From Glaucostegus cemiculus (taxonomy: Eukaryota), in assembly GCA_976551045.1 (NCBI GenBank), contig CDPCPM010000211.1, forward strand, positions 2,666,001-2,730,000: a stretch of DNA of 64,000 bases, read 5' to 3'. How positions within the stretch are numbered: the stretch's first letter is position 1; each line of letters starts with the position of its first letter. The translations under genes and the position numbers were made by a program. The notes beneath the pieces were generated by a model, which was not told the DNA's origin, ran no database searches, and saw only the letters and a program-made list of their open reading frames with translations. Shown here in pieces: positions 47,788-60,540 of the stretch.

Positions 47788-48531
47788 TGTCGGGGATTAA
47801 ACCGAGATTCGAGATTGACCGGGAGACGCAAAAGATTCTTCAAGAAGTTAAATCTTTATTTGCAAACAAAGGCTGTGACACTCAGAGAACCATTCACTGA
47901 GAACCAGTTCCTGAATGCGCCCCGACCCAAAGGCTCTCAGCTCTTTTTATGGCCCCTTTCTAGTCCAGTAGGCACAATTAATCATGTCAGTTTCAGCTGC
48001 ACAGTGACATTTACTTTCAGACTCCCCATTCCTCAACTCAATCCATCTTTCCACAATTGTTTTCACAGGTGCTCTGCTAAGCTAACCACAACATATTTGT
48101 ACTTCGCAACAATTATCTTCTTATCTAATCACGACACGTCTTAGTCATTTCTGCAGTACAAATATTATTATCATACACCGGGTCACACTTAGGCCCTTCG
48201 CTACAGTTATCTTCTAATCTAATCACAACATGCAATTACTACATGCCTTCGTACCAACATCGGTACCCGGCAGTGCTTTAATTAAAATATACCTTTCCTA
48301 CTCTAATTACAACATACTATGAGATTTACTGCAGTTCAATCATCTGTACCAGACACAGGGTCACTGTTCGGTCGTCATGCGTGGTCACCCGTAAGTTATC
48401 TGACTCTTCCGGCGCGCGGGATTTCTCTCCCCATCCATAAGGAAGAAGGAACTAGCGCCATTTTTGAAACAAAGCAGATAAAGTCCAACCATGTGTGTAC
48501 CCTCTTTTTTTCCATATATTCTATATTAACA
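47788..48531 (-). repeat. 5' LTR
   Basis: TG...CA termini; minus-strand AATAAA (approx. 47855-47860); internal U3 duplications. Confidence 0.85.
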
Positions 48532-51350
48532 GGTGAAATGATTTCTATATCAAGTAGGAGTTATTAAACGTGGGAGAGGAATACAACAGGGCCAAAGTCT
48601 CCTTGATAGAGGGAACAGAAATGCCGGCAGGGTAAGGGCAGTGAATTAGATTCATGATGGATGTTGATGATCAGATCAGCAAAACATAATGAGGTATATG
48701 TCAGGTTTAGGGAGCTCAGATGAAGTGAATTCCTTGAACAGTATAAGAAATGTAAGAGTAAATTTAAGCGGGAAGTTATCAATTGCAAACAGAGTACACA
48801 AGATATCCCTGACCGATCAGGTAAAGGGGAATCCTGAAGGATTCTTTAAGGTCAAATGGACAATGAGGTAAAGAATAGGTCCCCGTTAGGATTAGTGTTG
48901 TTGTTCATTTGTGGAGTAGCCTCGCATGGGTGAGTTTTTACATGGACACCAGTCGTCTTTATTTACCGTAGAGAAAGACATGAGAGTTGGTGAGTGGAAT
49001 GAAAAAGATGCTGATATGCTGAAACATACCGACAAATGACAATGGCGATGCGAGCGATATGGATAATTCCCTGGTGCCTGGATCTGAGGTTGTTGTGCGA
49101 AGCAGGTGAGGACATTGCTGAGGCTCTAGCAGAGATTGCCGTATAGTCCATCACCATCAGTGAGGCGCTGGAAGATTGGAGGATGGATGATGTCGTGCTT
49201 TATTGAAGAAGGTTGCAATTATAAGCCAGAGAACTACAGGGCGGTGAGCCTCACAACAGTGGTGGCAATGCTACTGGAGGGGAATATGAGGGACAGGATC
49301 CACCTGCATTTGGAACGGCAGGGACTGGTCAGGGGCAGTCAGCATTGTTTTGTGCGTGGGAAATGACGTCTCACGAATTTGACTGAGTATTTTTTGAAGA
49401 TTTGCTGTTGAAGATTTATGAGGACGGGGCATAACTGTTGTCCACTTGGCTTTTGGCAGGGCCCTGAGAACGTCCTACCTGGTAGGCTGGTCTGGAAGGT
49501 GAGATCACATGGGACAGAGGGTGAACTACTGAATTGTGGACACTGACTTGGTGGAAGGAGGCAGGGGTGGGAGGGGAGTGGTGTTTCTCAGACTGGAGGC
49601 CTGCGATCAGTGATGTGCAGCAGGGATGGGTGCTGGCTCCCCTGTTCGTTGTCATCTATATTCATGTCTGGAGAAGAATGCTGGTGGCCTTATCAGTCAC
49701 TTCGCAGATGGCTCTAGAAGCGTTGGTGTCGTGGACAGTGAGGATTGTTGTCTGATGTTACAACAGGATACTGATCAACTAGTGGCAAAGGAAAGCTGGT
49801 GGAATTTAATTCGGACAGGTGGGAACTAGTGCATTCTTAGGGAATTTAAAGCATTCCGGGACATCCGTGGTCAATAGCAGTGCCCCGCTGGTGTTGTTGA
49901 ACAGAGAGACCTAGAGGTAGAGACACATAGTATAGATTATTTGGAGTAGAAAATAGAAGATGCTCACTTTTCTATCCATAGTCTTCTTTGCGATTAAGAT
50001 GGCTTCTGGCCTCCTTAAGATGGCTGCTAGGTCTTTCTTCCCTCGCCCCATCGCGGGAACCTCTTAACTCCTATGCGGGAAAACACATAGCTCTTTAAAC
50101 AAATGGCCAACAGATCTTAGGGAGGAAGTTACAACAGTTGGCCTGCTGTAACTTAATTAAATAGATAACCAGCACATTCCTGGGAAGACACAACTGACAT
50201 ATGGTAGCTGATTAAATAGATAGACAGCTCACTCCTAGGAAGACACTGCGGACCCATTCTGCAGCAAATGGTTTTTATTGCTAAGTGCGACTAATGTTTT
50301 GATAGCAGTTTTTTTTATTGACTGTTTTGCCAGGTGCAAGCGAAGCTTCAGAGTTCATGAGTGATAGTGGCATACTTTGATGTTTTGTAACTAATAACCT
50401 TGTAGCTACAATACGTAGTATTGCTTTATAGCTGATAATGTTACAAAACAATAAGCCTAGTACGATACTCCCAAGGCCCAGAGATAATTGGGGCACCCTG
50501 TGGATGAGTCAGGGAACCAGATGCCACGGAATACAGATGTTTGAAGGATGGGAACTGTGAAGATAAGAGTGAAAATTGGGATAATGTTATTGGGCTATGA
50601 AAAAGGTATAAAAAGCCCCTTGAGTTGAGTTCGGGGGCAGTTTGAGAGCAGCCTGAGAGTGTTCAGTACCTGTTTTCGTTGACTGTCACAACTTTTGTTT
50701 GCCATAAAAAGTTTAACTTCTTGATGAATCTTCTGTGTCTCCGGGTCAATTGAATCTCGGAAACCACAACAATAGTTCCCTGCAGGTGGCAACACAGATA
50801 GACAGGATGTTGAAGAAGGCACGTGGCATGCTTGCCTTCATGTTCGAGTTCTGCAATGTGTTGGTGTGAAGTATTGTGTGAAGTTCTAATCCGATGCGGT
50901 AAAATGGATTAGATTGAAATGGAGAGGATGCAGAAAAGATTCACAAGGATGTTGCCTGGATTGGAGGGTTTGACGGATTGGCTTGGCTGAGGCTGTTTTC
51001 CCTGGAGTGAAAGCAGCTGGGGTTGACCTGACAGAGGTTTATAAAATTATGAGAGGCATAGTCACTGTCTTCTTCCCAGAGTGGGGGAATCTAAATGCAG
51101 AGGGGATAGAGTTAAGGAAAGAGGGAAAATATTCACAGGGAATCTGAGGGATGAGGGTTCCATACAGAGAGTGGTGGTTCAATGGGTAAAGGAAACGAGC
51201 GGCCAGAGCAGGTGGTAGAGGCAGTTAAAGCAAACACATGAACATGGACAGGAAGATGAACCTTTTCGGGGAATATAGACCAAACGCAGGTAAGTGGAAT
51301 TGGTGCACACCGCCGCCTTGATCAGTTGTGCCGATGGGCTTGTTTCAGCC
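48532..51350 (+). mobile_element. Decayed CR1 ORF2, split by a solo LTR
   Basis: ENYRAVSLTTVV, ISHFADG; CR1 sequence GACACATAG|TTCCCTGCAGGTGGCAACAC is restored when the LTR is removed. Confidence 0.8.
49931..50771 (+). mobile_element. Solo LTR related to the ERV LTRs, with 4-bp TSD ATAG
   Basis: ATAG at 49927-49930 and 50772-50775; TATAAAA at approx. 50607; U5 is the reverse complement of the LTR starts at 36423 and 47788. Confidence 0.88.
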
Positions 51351-52161
51351 CTGAGCACGTTTATGAATGGATGAATTTATAAATCAGATGGGACTGCTCG
51401 GGTTTATTCAGGGCTTTGAGTAGCACAGGTCATCAGCAGAAAGCCCAGTCACTTCTAGTCCTCCTCACTCATACCTGGGGCTCAGTGCACAAGGAAAAAC
51501 AACTTTCACACAGGTGACCAGGAGCCGCCCACACAGACTTGACCCCATATCTTTTCCCACACCCATTGCCCTCGGATGCCCCTGTGTCTGACATTCCCAA
51601 AACCCCTGTGTATCGGGGCCCTTTTGTCCCCTCGGGCATCGGCAAAACCAGCAGCCTGACACGGGCACTGCAGGGACAACCACACTGGTGGGAATGGAGT
51701 CACACAGAGACAGGCCAGGTAAGGGCGGCAGCCGTCCTTCCCTTGATGTGAGAAGATGATCACGTGATGTGGGATTTGTCAACACCTCTCCTCACTTGTT
51801 CCAACCTCCGTCTCCTGGTTACACATGCTCACAGTCGCAGCACCAGAATCGGTTCATTCAGTCTCAGTCACGACAAACCTCAGAGCTCGGTGTGGCCAGA
51901 GAAGGACACAGAATCAGTATATGCCCCAAACAGTGAAGCCCCGGGATCCTCACTGATCCCTTCCCTACGGTGACACGATCCCTGTACACTTTACCTGGTG
52001 CTCTCTGCCAAGGATTACAATTTGATCTTTGGCATGTCACTTTAAGACTGCAATTCCCACAGCAGCGCGAATCTAGGAGCAGCTGATCTAACCTAGTTGT
52101 TCATTGAGTGTAACTAACGTCAATGATCAGGAGACTGGCGACGTTGGAGAGTTCGCTCCTC

Positions 52162-52167
52162 TATAAG
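52162..52167 (+). promoter_or_regulatory. Candidate TATA element for the GPCR gene
   Basis: TATAAG about 90 nt upstream of the ATG at 52254. Confidence 0.3.
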
Positions 52168-53249
52168 AAGAACTGCCATGAACATTTCAGCACTGCTTTG
52201 GCAGTGTGCCTGATGTGTTGTATCAACAGAAGAATCACCAGTTCTCCGCGAACATGAGAGCTCGGATACTTGGACAAGTCCTGGCCGTTTACTATCCAGT
52301 TCTGGCAGCTGTTGGTGTTCCCGGTGCGTAGTTCCACACAGCTGCTCACCCTGTTCATCTCTGTTAACTCTGTCGGTGCTGGTGATGGACCTGGGCCACA
52401 TTAATGTCCTGTTACACTGTTGTATAATTCTGTGGGTGAGATTTGCGCAATCAAACTGTTGCTTTTAATTTAACCCTATGCTTTCTTTCAAACTGTGATC
52501 AGAAGCAGAGTTACCTTGTTGTACGTTGACCTCTGAAGGTGTTGCAGTGTGATGTGTAAACCATCCGCCGGTGTCAGTTCAGCCGGGATTGTGTGAGTTT
52601 ACAGTGTACATTCCGGTGTGTGGGCAGAGAGGCATAATAGACTGATGGTTCCAATCTGTTACGTGAAATAACCCAGGATGGGTCCCTAGGTCACAAGGTT
52701 GTTACAGCACTGAGGGAAACTAACCTGCTGTCAATGACTTCCTTGCTGTTTCAGAGACTGTAGATCAGCCTTTCATGCTCCCTCCCGGGTGTGAGTCGAT
52801 TTGCCGCTCGGCTGCCCGAGACAGGCTCAACTTTCACTTCCATCCACTTTCTTTGTTCGTGGACATCGTGGAATGTTTCCACATCACGGAATAAGTCCCT
52901 GCTAGTCTCTGATAAAGCACTGAACTGCTGGAAAAATTCAGCAGGACAGGTAACACCTGTGGAGTGAGAAACAGTGAAGGATTCAGGTCGAAATCTGTTG
53001 ATTAGGATTGAGAAAGTGAGAAAGCAAGTTCGTGGAGGTGGCAGAGGAAGTGGGGAATTCAATGGGTGGAACACAGGGGATGTGTGGAACTGGGTGAGAT
53101 GATGTTGCCGATGAACGAAGATTAAGCTCCTTTATCTGTGCAATGTGTTGATTGTTTTCTGAAGTTTGCGGTGATGTTATGAAGTCCAAATGATGTGGTG
53201 AAGCTGATTGTTCAAGGTCCTTCTACTTGAAGCAAATGTGATGAAAGTG

Positions 53250-54560
53250 AGTCCGTTGTGATTTTATTCTGCCTTTGAATGTCTGTTTTAGACTGTGGCT
53301 TGTCTTGTGCACGGGGGGGTGAGAGTCTGTTGTTTCCAAAAGACTTTGATAGAGAATTTATGGCCATCATTTACTCATGCCAATTTAAAAATGGTGGTGT
53401 CCAGAATGTCAATTAGGTGACTGTCATAACACATTGATCGCCTGGGACACTTCTTGAAGACTGTCCCGTCCCAGACTGCCGGAAATCTGTTGACATAAGC
53501 TGGGGCAAACTTCTTCCCCATTGTTGTCCCTTAGATTTGTAAACAGAATTCATCATTGTCAAGGTCGTATTTGTAAACAGAATTCATCAAAGTCGTTCTT
53601 TGTCAGGCCCAGCGAGGTAGTAAGACCGGAGTTTCATCTGGTCTGTCAGTGTCAGATTTTATTTTTCCTTTGGATATGTTTAACAGCCTTCAGGCCCCTG
53701 CCTGTTTCTGTGTTTGTGTATGGGCTTCCGATGTCCATGGTAAAGAGGGTGTCAACAGTGGTCCTGGTCTGGGAGTTAACAATCCGTATGAAGTGGCGTG
53801 TGTCTGCTACAGCTGGGAACTTGCTGCATCAAAGTCTGGAATAACATTCTACAGTCCGACCTGCTGGGATCTGCCCAGCATATTCCAGCATTTCCACTTA
53901 TGTACGGTTTTCTGGGTTTTTTTAAATTTTGGATTTTCAGGATCTACACCACTTTTTTTATTTCCCTGCTTGTCCGTGGCAGTGATGCTCCGTCTCCAGA
54001 AATGGAGCAGATTTTCCAGTTCTCTTTGTACCTTCTGGCGATGTTTGTGCTCTGGTTGTCCTGGTTGAAGTACATTTCAGACTCTGTTCCAGAGATATGG
54101 GGCCGTGTTATTGCAAAAACTGAGTACATTTCAATCCCCGTCCAGATTGTGTCCAAATGTGAAATCAGACCTGGGGTGTGGAATTGGGTGACGGGCGAGG
54201 CGCACGTCCAGGTCAGTTCCCCACCCCTTGTTGCTCTGTGAGGGAAATCCTTGTGGTTCCAGAGACCTCGTTTAAGCTGATTGAAAAGGTTGTTGAACAG
54301 CTGACCCCTTGTGGGTGTTGGTTCTGCCACAATGGTGTGTGGTGAGAAACGTCATGAAGAAATCCAGCACATTTTCCAGTTGGGAATGGGTCTGTGAGTT
54401 GCGGGACACTTAGGCTGGGTTGACAGTATTGGGCAAAATCATCTGGTGTCAGAGGACACACAAGAATAAACTCCTGGAAAGAGAACTGAATGGTTTGGTG
54501 CAGTGTAAGTTGTGTCTCATACAGAGCAATGTGGAGTCAGAGGTAAACTTCCCATAGTCA
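53250..54560 (-). mobile_element. Penelope-like RT remnant in the GPCR intron
   Basis: Minus peptides TMDIGSPYTNT, LTKNDF and LQI*GTTMGKKFAPAYVN, matching PLE RT motifs. Confidence 0.7.
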
Positions 54561-54799
54561 CTCACTTGGCATGATTATCAATGTTGACTGTTCTACATGC
54601 CTCAAATCTCCCACCTTAGTTCACTGGCAGTCTTTACATTCCTCACTGTATCTGCTTTGCAGTGAATGTACAGTGTTGCAGCTGGTGGGAGATCTGTTGA
54701 TTTTTGTTCTTGGTCATTCTTTCAGTGGCCTTGGGTTGTTGCTTAAACCTCATTACTGAGCTCATGTCAGATTCTGAACTCCTCTTCTCCATGCTTGGT

Positions 54800-55010
54800 G
54801 CAGGCTGCTGGAGTTGCTGCCTCACAGTTCAAGCGACCAGAGATTGATGTTGACCTTTGGTGCTGTCTGTGTTGAGTTTGCGCATTTTCCCTGCGTTGGT
54901 TTCCTCCGAATGCACCGTTTCCACTCTCACCCAAACATGTGTGAGTTAGTCATTTCCTTCACTGCCTTAAGTTGCACAATGTGCGCAGATGAATTGAGGA
55001 ATTTGGGGTG
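54800..55010 (+). mobile_element. Decayed HE1/V-type SINE
   Basis: gctgcctcacagttc...gtctgtgt.gagtttgc.cattt...ggtttcctccg..tgc.cc.tttcc core. Confidence 0.6.
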
Positions 55011-58000
55011 AATTGATGAGAAGTTGGATGAAAACTCTGGCCTATAAATCCATGATGGCATTCTGTTTGAATGTAAACAATTCCGGCAGATAGATTGTTT
55101 GTGCACAGATCTTCAAAGGTGGTGGGGAATGTCAGTCAGGAATCTGAAGTGCATACAGGCGCTTTCCTCTGTGTTACCTGTGCCAGGATATTATGTGTAA
55201 AGTGTTTGTCACACCAGTTTGGTTACAGTTTTAGCATCGCGGCGAAGTTTTGTCTCCAAATTACGGCAATGATGTGAATTGACTGGAGAGGCAGCGGTGG
55301 GTATTTAAGCAGCTGTTCTTCCAGGTGGAAAATTGGAGGGATTAGAGATGATTGTGGAAAGTGGATTTGTTTTCGCTGGAACCAAAAGTGAGGGGAGTCT
55401 TAATGGAGAGGCAGATAATAAACATTGACCGAGATACAGAATTAATGCAACATTTCCTCTGGCAAGGGTACAAAATTGGGGGAAAGATTTGCAGCAAGAT
55501 AAGAGAGGAGGGCATGAAATGTCAATCACATTCAGCTTCAGGGTCACCTGAACAATCATACAGACCAGTCCGCACTGCACCTTTCCCATGCCCAGTCCCC
55601 ACTGCACTTTCCCCCGCCCGGTCCCCATTGCATCTCCCACCTGCTTGGTCTCTCCTGCACCTGCCCCCTTCCCAGTCCCTACTACATCTTCATCCTGTAC
55701 ACTGCGCTTTGTGAGTTCCCTTCTCACAGCGTTCCCTGCGATTGCGCTTTGCCCTGTCAGTCATCAGTATTTCCACAGCTCTTTACATCCTCAGTACCCT
55801 CAGCAATTGTAGCTTCATCTTGGTTGTTTCTGACCTGCGATTCTGCAGCAGACTCCGGTTCTCAAATCTCCCGAAATGTGGGGCGGTAGGAAATCCATCT
55901 TTTTACTCTTCTGAATTTCTGACAATTTTGTGTTGTCTTGAAGCGGAACAGTGGGATATGTTTCGTCCCTTCCTCCATCTGAACCTCAGCCCTATACGTA
56001 ATCAGCATCACGTCGTTGACGCTCATCTTCCGAGCACGGGCAACAGCACCGGGTTTGATGTCCTGATCCAGTACTTGTCCCAAGAGGAGCTTATCAGAGC
56101 GGTGAAGAGTTTGAGGATCCCTGAAAGTGCAGTTGGTCTGGACCAGGAGAAAGTCCATTTAGATCTGCGCAATTTGATGTCGCAGTCGGGGCGGGGAAGT
56201 GGGAATGTCCTGTGAACAGGCTTGTGAAATTGATCAAATGGAATTCCATTTCAAACGGAACGGGCAGGCAACCAGTTCTCGGCACAGTTATTGCTCCATT
56301 TATAGTTCCTGCGCTCCGCAAACTTGGTTTGTTGTTTGGAGCGTTTCGTTATTTGCCCCCAACCGTGTCTGTTCTCTAATAACGGCATTGTATATTTGAC
56401 GCTGATTGTGGCAAAGAACGCGGCCATTCAACCATTGCCTCCACGTTATCCCCAAAGCAGAATCCCGTCAGCCACTTACCCTTCTGGTTTACTACAGAGT
56501 AGCAGCTTATTGCCCGTCACATCCCCACACCTCCGTGGTGGTCCTCTTGCCATCACCCTGCACTGTGGGGGAATTTACAGCATCCTGTTAACACTCTGTA
56601 ACGTCCTTGGGATGCAACAGGAAACCGGAGCCCCGAGAGAAAGCGAAACGGTCATTCGGAGAAGATGGAAACTCCACTCAGTCAGCATCCGAGGAGGGAA
56701 TCGAACCCGGGTTCCTGGTGTTCTGCGGGAAGACGGTTTGTTTTTCTCAGCCTCCTAGGTTGAATAATTGTATTCCCACTTTTATTCTGAAAACTCGGTT
56801 CTCGGTCTCAGCCGGGAGTCATTTCAGCAGTTATTGCTGCTGATCTGAGGAAAAACATTTCTTATATTTTTTCTCTCTTCCAGTGAACTTGGTGGCGATT
56901 GTGATCCTGTCCCGAGAGAAGTGCGGTCTCTCCAAATGTGTCACCAGCTACCTGGTGGAAATGGCAGCGGCCGATCTCCTGGTCGTCATCCCTGACGTCA
57001 TATTAAGGACCATCGGTGAAATCTATTTCCCACTTTCATTCCTGACCATCACCCCCGTGTGCTCCCTTAACTATATCCTGGCGTCTGCAGCCATTGTGAG
57101 CTCTGTGTGGTTCACTGTGGCTTTCACCTTTGATCGGTTTGTGGCTATTTGTTGTCAGACGCTGAAAACAAAATATTGCACCGAGAGAAAGGCGACTGTT
57201 GTTGTCGGCACGGTGACTCTGTTGAGCCTTTTAATAAACATTCCCTGGTATTTTGCAATGGACCCAGCACAGATAATTGGCGATGTACCCCGAGGGTGGA
57301 TCTGGAAATGGACATTCTTAAAATCACCCTCATGGGCTTCTTTTGTTGTTGATGTTTACTCTCACCCCTTGTCTCCCGTTCCCTTTGTTATTACTGGTGA
57401 ATTCACTGACCGCCAGGCACATTTTATTGACTGGTCGATCCCGTAGGGGGCTTGTGAGACGCAGCAAAAGTGAAAATGACGGGGACCCGGTCCATCATTC
57501 TAATCTACAGCATATCCGGCAGTTTCATACTGCTGTGGAGTACATTAGTTGTGCATGTTGTCTATAAGCGTGTTCTGGGTGCTCGGTACAAGGCGGACAA
57601 TGATTTCCTTTCAGTCGCAGTCATGCTGCAGCTTCTCAGCACCTGCACCAACACGGGGATATATGTCCTGACACAGAGAAAGTTCCGAGGGGAGCTGAAT
57701 AACGCGGTGAAATACCCATTGAATCTCATTGTGAAATTAATCAAAGTTGATTATAAATATCGCCGATCCCTGACCTGACATCCCCCCATTGTCACTGCAT
57801 TTTCAGCAGGCTCTCCGGGGTGCCTGTTATATATCCCATCCCTCGCCAAGTAGAACCGACTGTTCACATGAATACCTTCTAAAGTACAACAGCACGCTGT
57901 TGTATAATGTGGCAAGCTGAGACATGTTGCTTATCGGAGGACAGCGCGCTGTGACTCCATCCTGTCCATCAATCAAATAAGAAACATGTTGTTTATAGAC

Positions 58001-58459
58001 ACTGGATATAAATGAATCAAAATAATTCCAGCTGCTGTCTGTTTCTTTGTCGCTGTCTGTCCCGTGGGTGAACTTATGGTGAGGGGGTGGGTGAGTGGGA
58101 GGTTGTGACAGGGTCAGACAATGCCGCGTCCGCAGGAATGACAAAAATGACAAACTGAGCCCAGGACCAATCATCAGCGCTGAATTCACACTTCAGTGGG
58201 ATGGTTGGCGGTGGCAGTCGACTCCTCCCTGACGTGAGGGCAGTAATGATCCCTCACGGTGGGACGTTATTCGGGGCAGAAGGGGCAGATTTGCGTGTGG
58301 AAAGACTGACGAGGGAAATGAGCGTTTCCAAAGGTCTTCCACCTTGATCGCAGGCAAACACAGTCAGCCCGTGACCGGTGGCCTGACACTGAGGGACACC
58401 TCAGTGAGGCGGAAATCACCATCCCCGACTCCACAAACCTTCTCGGACACAATAGCACT

Positions 58460-59825
58460 GCTTTGGAGAGTCTGATCCTCATAGTATGGAGTCACCTCTG
58501 TGCACAATGGTCTGGACAGTTAAGGACAAATTCTGTATGTACTGGTCCCTAAGTAATGAAGCAGTGAAAGTACACAGCTCTGTACAGATTGAACCTTACT
58601 GTAAGTACAGAGCATGAAGATACTGACATTCAGTGTAAGCACACTCTGATCCTCATTGTAAGGACACAGAGGTTAGTATAGTGTTCTCGATTGAAAGGTG
58701 TTGTTTAGTATTGAATGGACCTCATTACAAGGTTCACACTGATCCTCACTGTCAGGTCACATCTCTGTACACACTGACCCTCACTGCAAGGACACACTGC
58801 ACACACTGACCCTCACTGTAAGGACACAGATCTGTACAACTGACCCTCACTGTGAGGACAAAGATCTATACACACTGATCCTCACTGCAAGAACACAGCT
58901 CTGTACACACTGATCTATACTGTGAGGACACACAGTAAATACAGATCCTTACTGTAAGGCCACAACTCTGTACACACTGATCCTCAGTGTAAAGACACAG
59001 CTCTGAAGACACTGTCCTTGACTGTAATGACACAGCTGTGTGCACACTACCCCTCACTGTCAGGGCATAGTTCTGTGCACCCTGAATCTCACTGTAAGGA
59101 TACAGATCTGTACACACAGAGACTCACTGTTAGAACACAGCTCTGTACACACTGGTCCTCACTGAAAGGACACAGCTCTGTACAGACACAGCTTTATACA
59201 CACTTAAACTCATTGCAAGAGCACAGTTCTATAAACACAGACCTTCACTGTAAGGACACTGCTCTTTGCACAGTGTCCTTCACTATAAGGGCACCGCTTT
59301 GGAGAGTCTGCTCCTCATAGTATGGAGTCACCTCTGTGCACAATGGTCTGGACAGTAAGGACAAAGTTTTCTATGTACTGGTTCCCATTGTAATGAAGCA
59401 GTGAAAATACACAGCTCCGTACAGATTGAAGCTCATTGTAAGTACGGAGCAGGAACATACTGATACTCAGTTTAAGGACACAACACTCTGCACTCTGATC
59501 CTCATTGTAAGGACACAGCTGTTAGCACATTGTTCTTCATTGCGAGGTGCTTCTTAGTACAGAATGTACCTCACTGTAAGGACACAGCCGTGTACACACT
59601 GATCCTCACTGTAAGGACACGGTTCTGTACACACTGATCCTCACTGTGAGGACACGGTTCTGTACACACTGATCATCACTGTGAGGACACGGTTCTTTAC
59701 GCACTGATCCTCACTGTGAGGACACAGCTCTGTACACACTGAGCTTCACCGTAAGGACACAGCTCTGTACACACTGAGCCTCACCGAAAGGACACAGCCC
59801 TGTACATACTGATCCTCAGTTAAAG
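58460..59825. repeat. 35-bp satellite (ACTGATCCTCACTGTAAGGACACAGCTCTGTACAC) with an 836-bp higher-order duplication
   Basis: 35-bp spacing at 59598/59633; the block starting at 58461 recurs at 59297. Confidence 0.9.
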
Positions 59826-59999
59826 GATTCGGGGAGAGAGGGGGGAGAAAGAGGGGGGAATGTGGGGGAGATAAGGGTGGTGGAGAGTGGGGGTGTGAGT
59901 ACGACGGGGAGAGACAGAAGGGTATAGTGAGGGGAAGAGAGGGGGAGAGAGGGTGGGAGAGAGGGTGAACGAGGAGAATCCTAAATTGTATTAGGAGTC

Positions 60000-60540
60000 G
60001 AGAGGTAAGATTGCAGCTATATCGGACCCTGGTCAGACCCCACTTAGAGTTCTGGTCACCTCACTATAGGAATGACGTGGAAGTCATCGAAAGGATGCAG
60101 AGGAGGTTTACAAGGAAGCTGCCTGGAATGAGAAGCATGCCGTATGAACGCAGGTTTGGGAACTCGGTCTTTTCACATTGGAGAGACGGAGGATGAGGGG
60201 CGACCTGATAGCGGTATATAAGATGATGAGCGGCATTCATCATGTGGATCGTCAGAGGCTTTTCCCCAGGGCTGAAATGGTGGCCACAAGAGGACATAGG
60301 TTTAGGGAACTGGGGAGTAGATAACATGTTTTTTTTTTACTCAGTGTGTGGTGAGAGCGTGGGATGCGCTGCCAGAAACGGTTGTGGAGGCGGAGAGACT
60401 TTTGCATAGGTACATGAAGTTGAGAAAAATTACTAGGCTGTGCGTAAGCCTAGTAATCTCTAACGTGGGGACATGTTCGGCAGAGCTTTGTGGGCTAAAA
60501 GGACTGAATTGTTCTGTAAGTTTTCTATGTTTCTGAACAG
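60000..60540 (+). mobile_element. CR1 3' fragment
   Basis: LQLYRTLVRPHLEFWSPHYRNDV; ends TTCTATGTTTCT. Confidence 0.85.

Larger units (their letters stand above)
36423..48531 (-). mobile_element. Decayed class I (epsilon-like) endogenous retrovirus: LTR-PBS-gag-pro-(2H)-RT-RNaseH-[CR1]-env-LTR
   Basis: Two related LTRs, PBS, CCHC knuckle, DTG protease, HVDD RT site, RNase H motifs and env TM; many stops and frameshifts. Confidence 0.9.
52254..57778 (+). pseudogene. GPR139/GPR142-like class A GPCR, two exons (52254-52323 and 56884-57778), frameshifted
   Basis: Exon 1 MRARILGQVLAVYYPVLAAVGVP joins in phase 1 to (V)NLVAIVILSREKCGLSKCVTSYLVEMAAADLL...FTFDRFVAICC. TM5 and TM6-7 (LQLLSTCTNTGIYVLTQRKFR) lie in two other frames, with shifts at approx. 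57350 and 57490. Confidence 0.88.

Noticed and set aside
56685-56720. tRNA B-box-like GGGAATCGAACCCGGG on the minus strand
   Set aside because: Part of a decayed tRNA-derived SINE; no cloverleaf.
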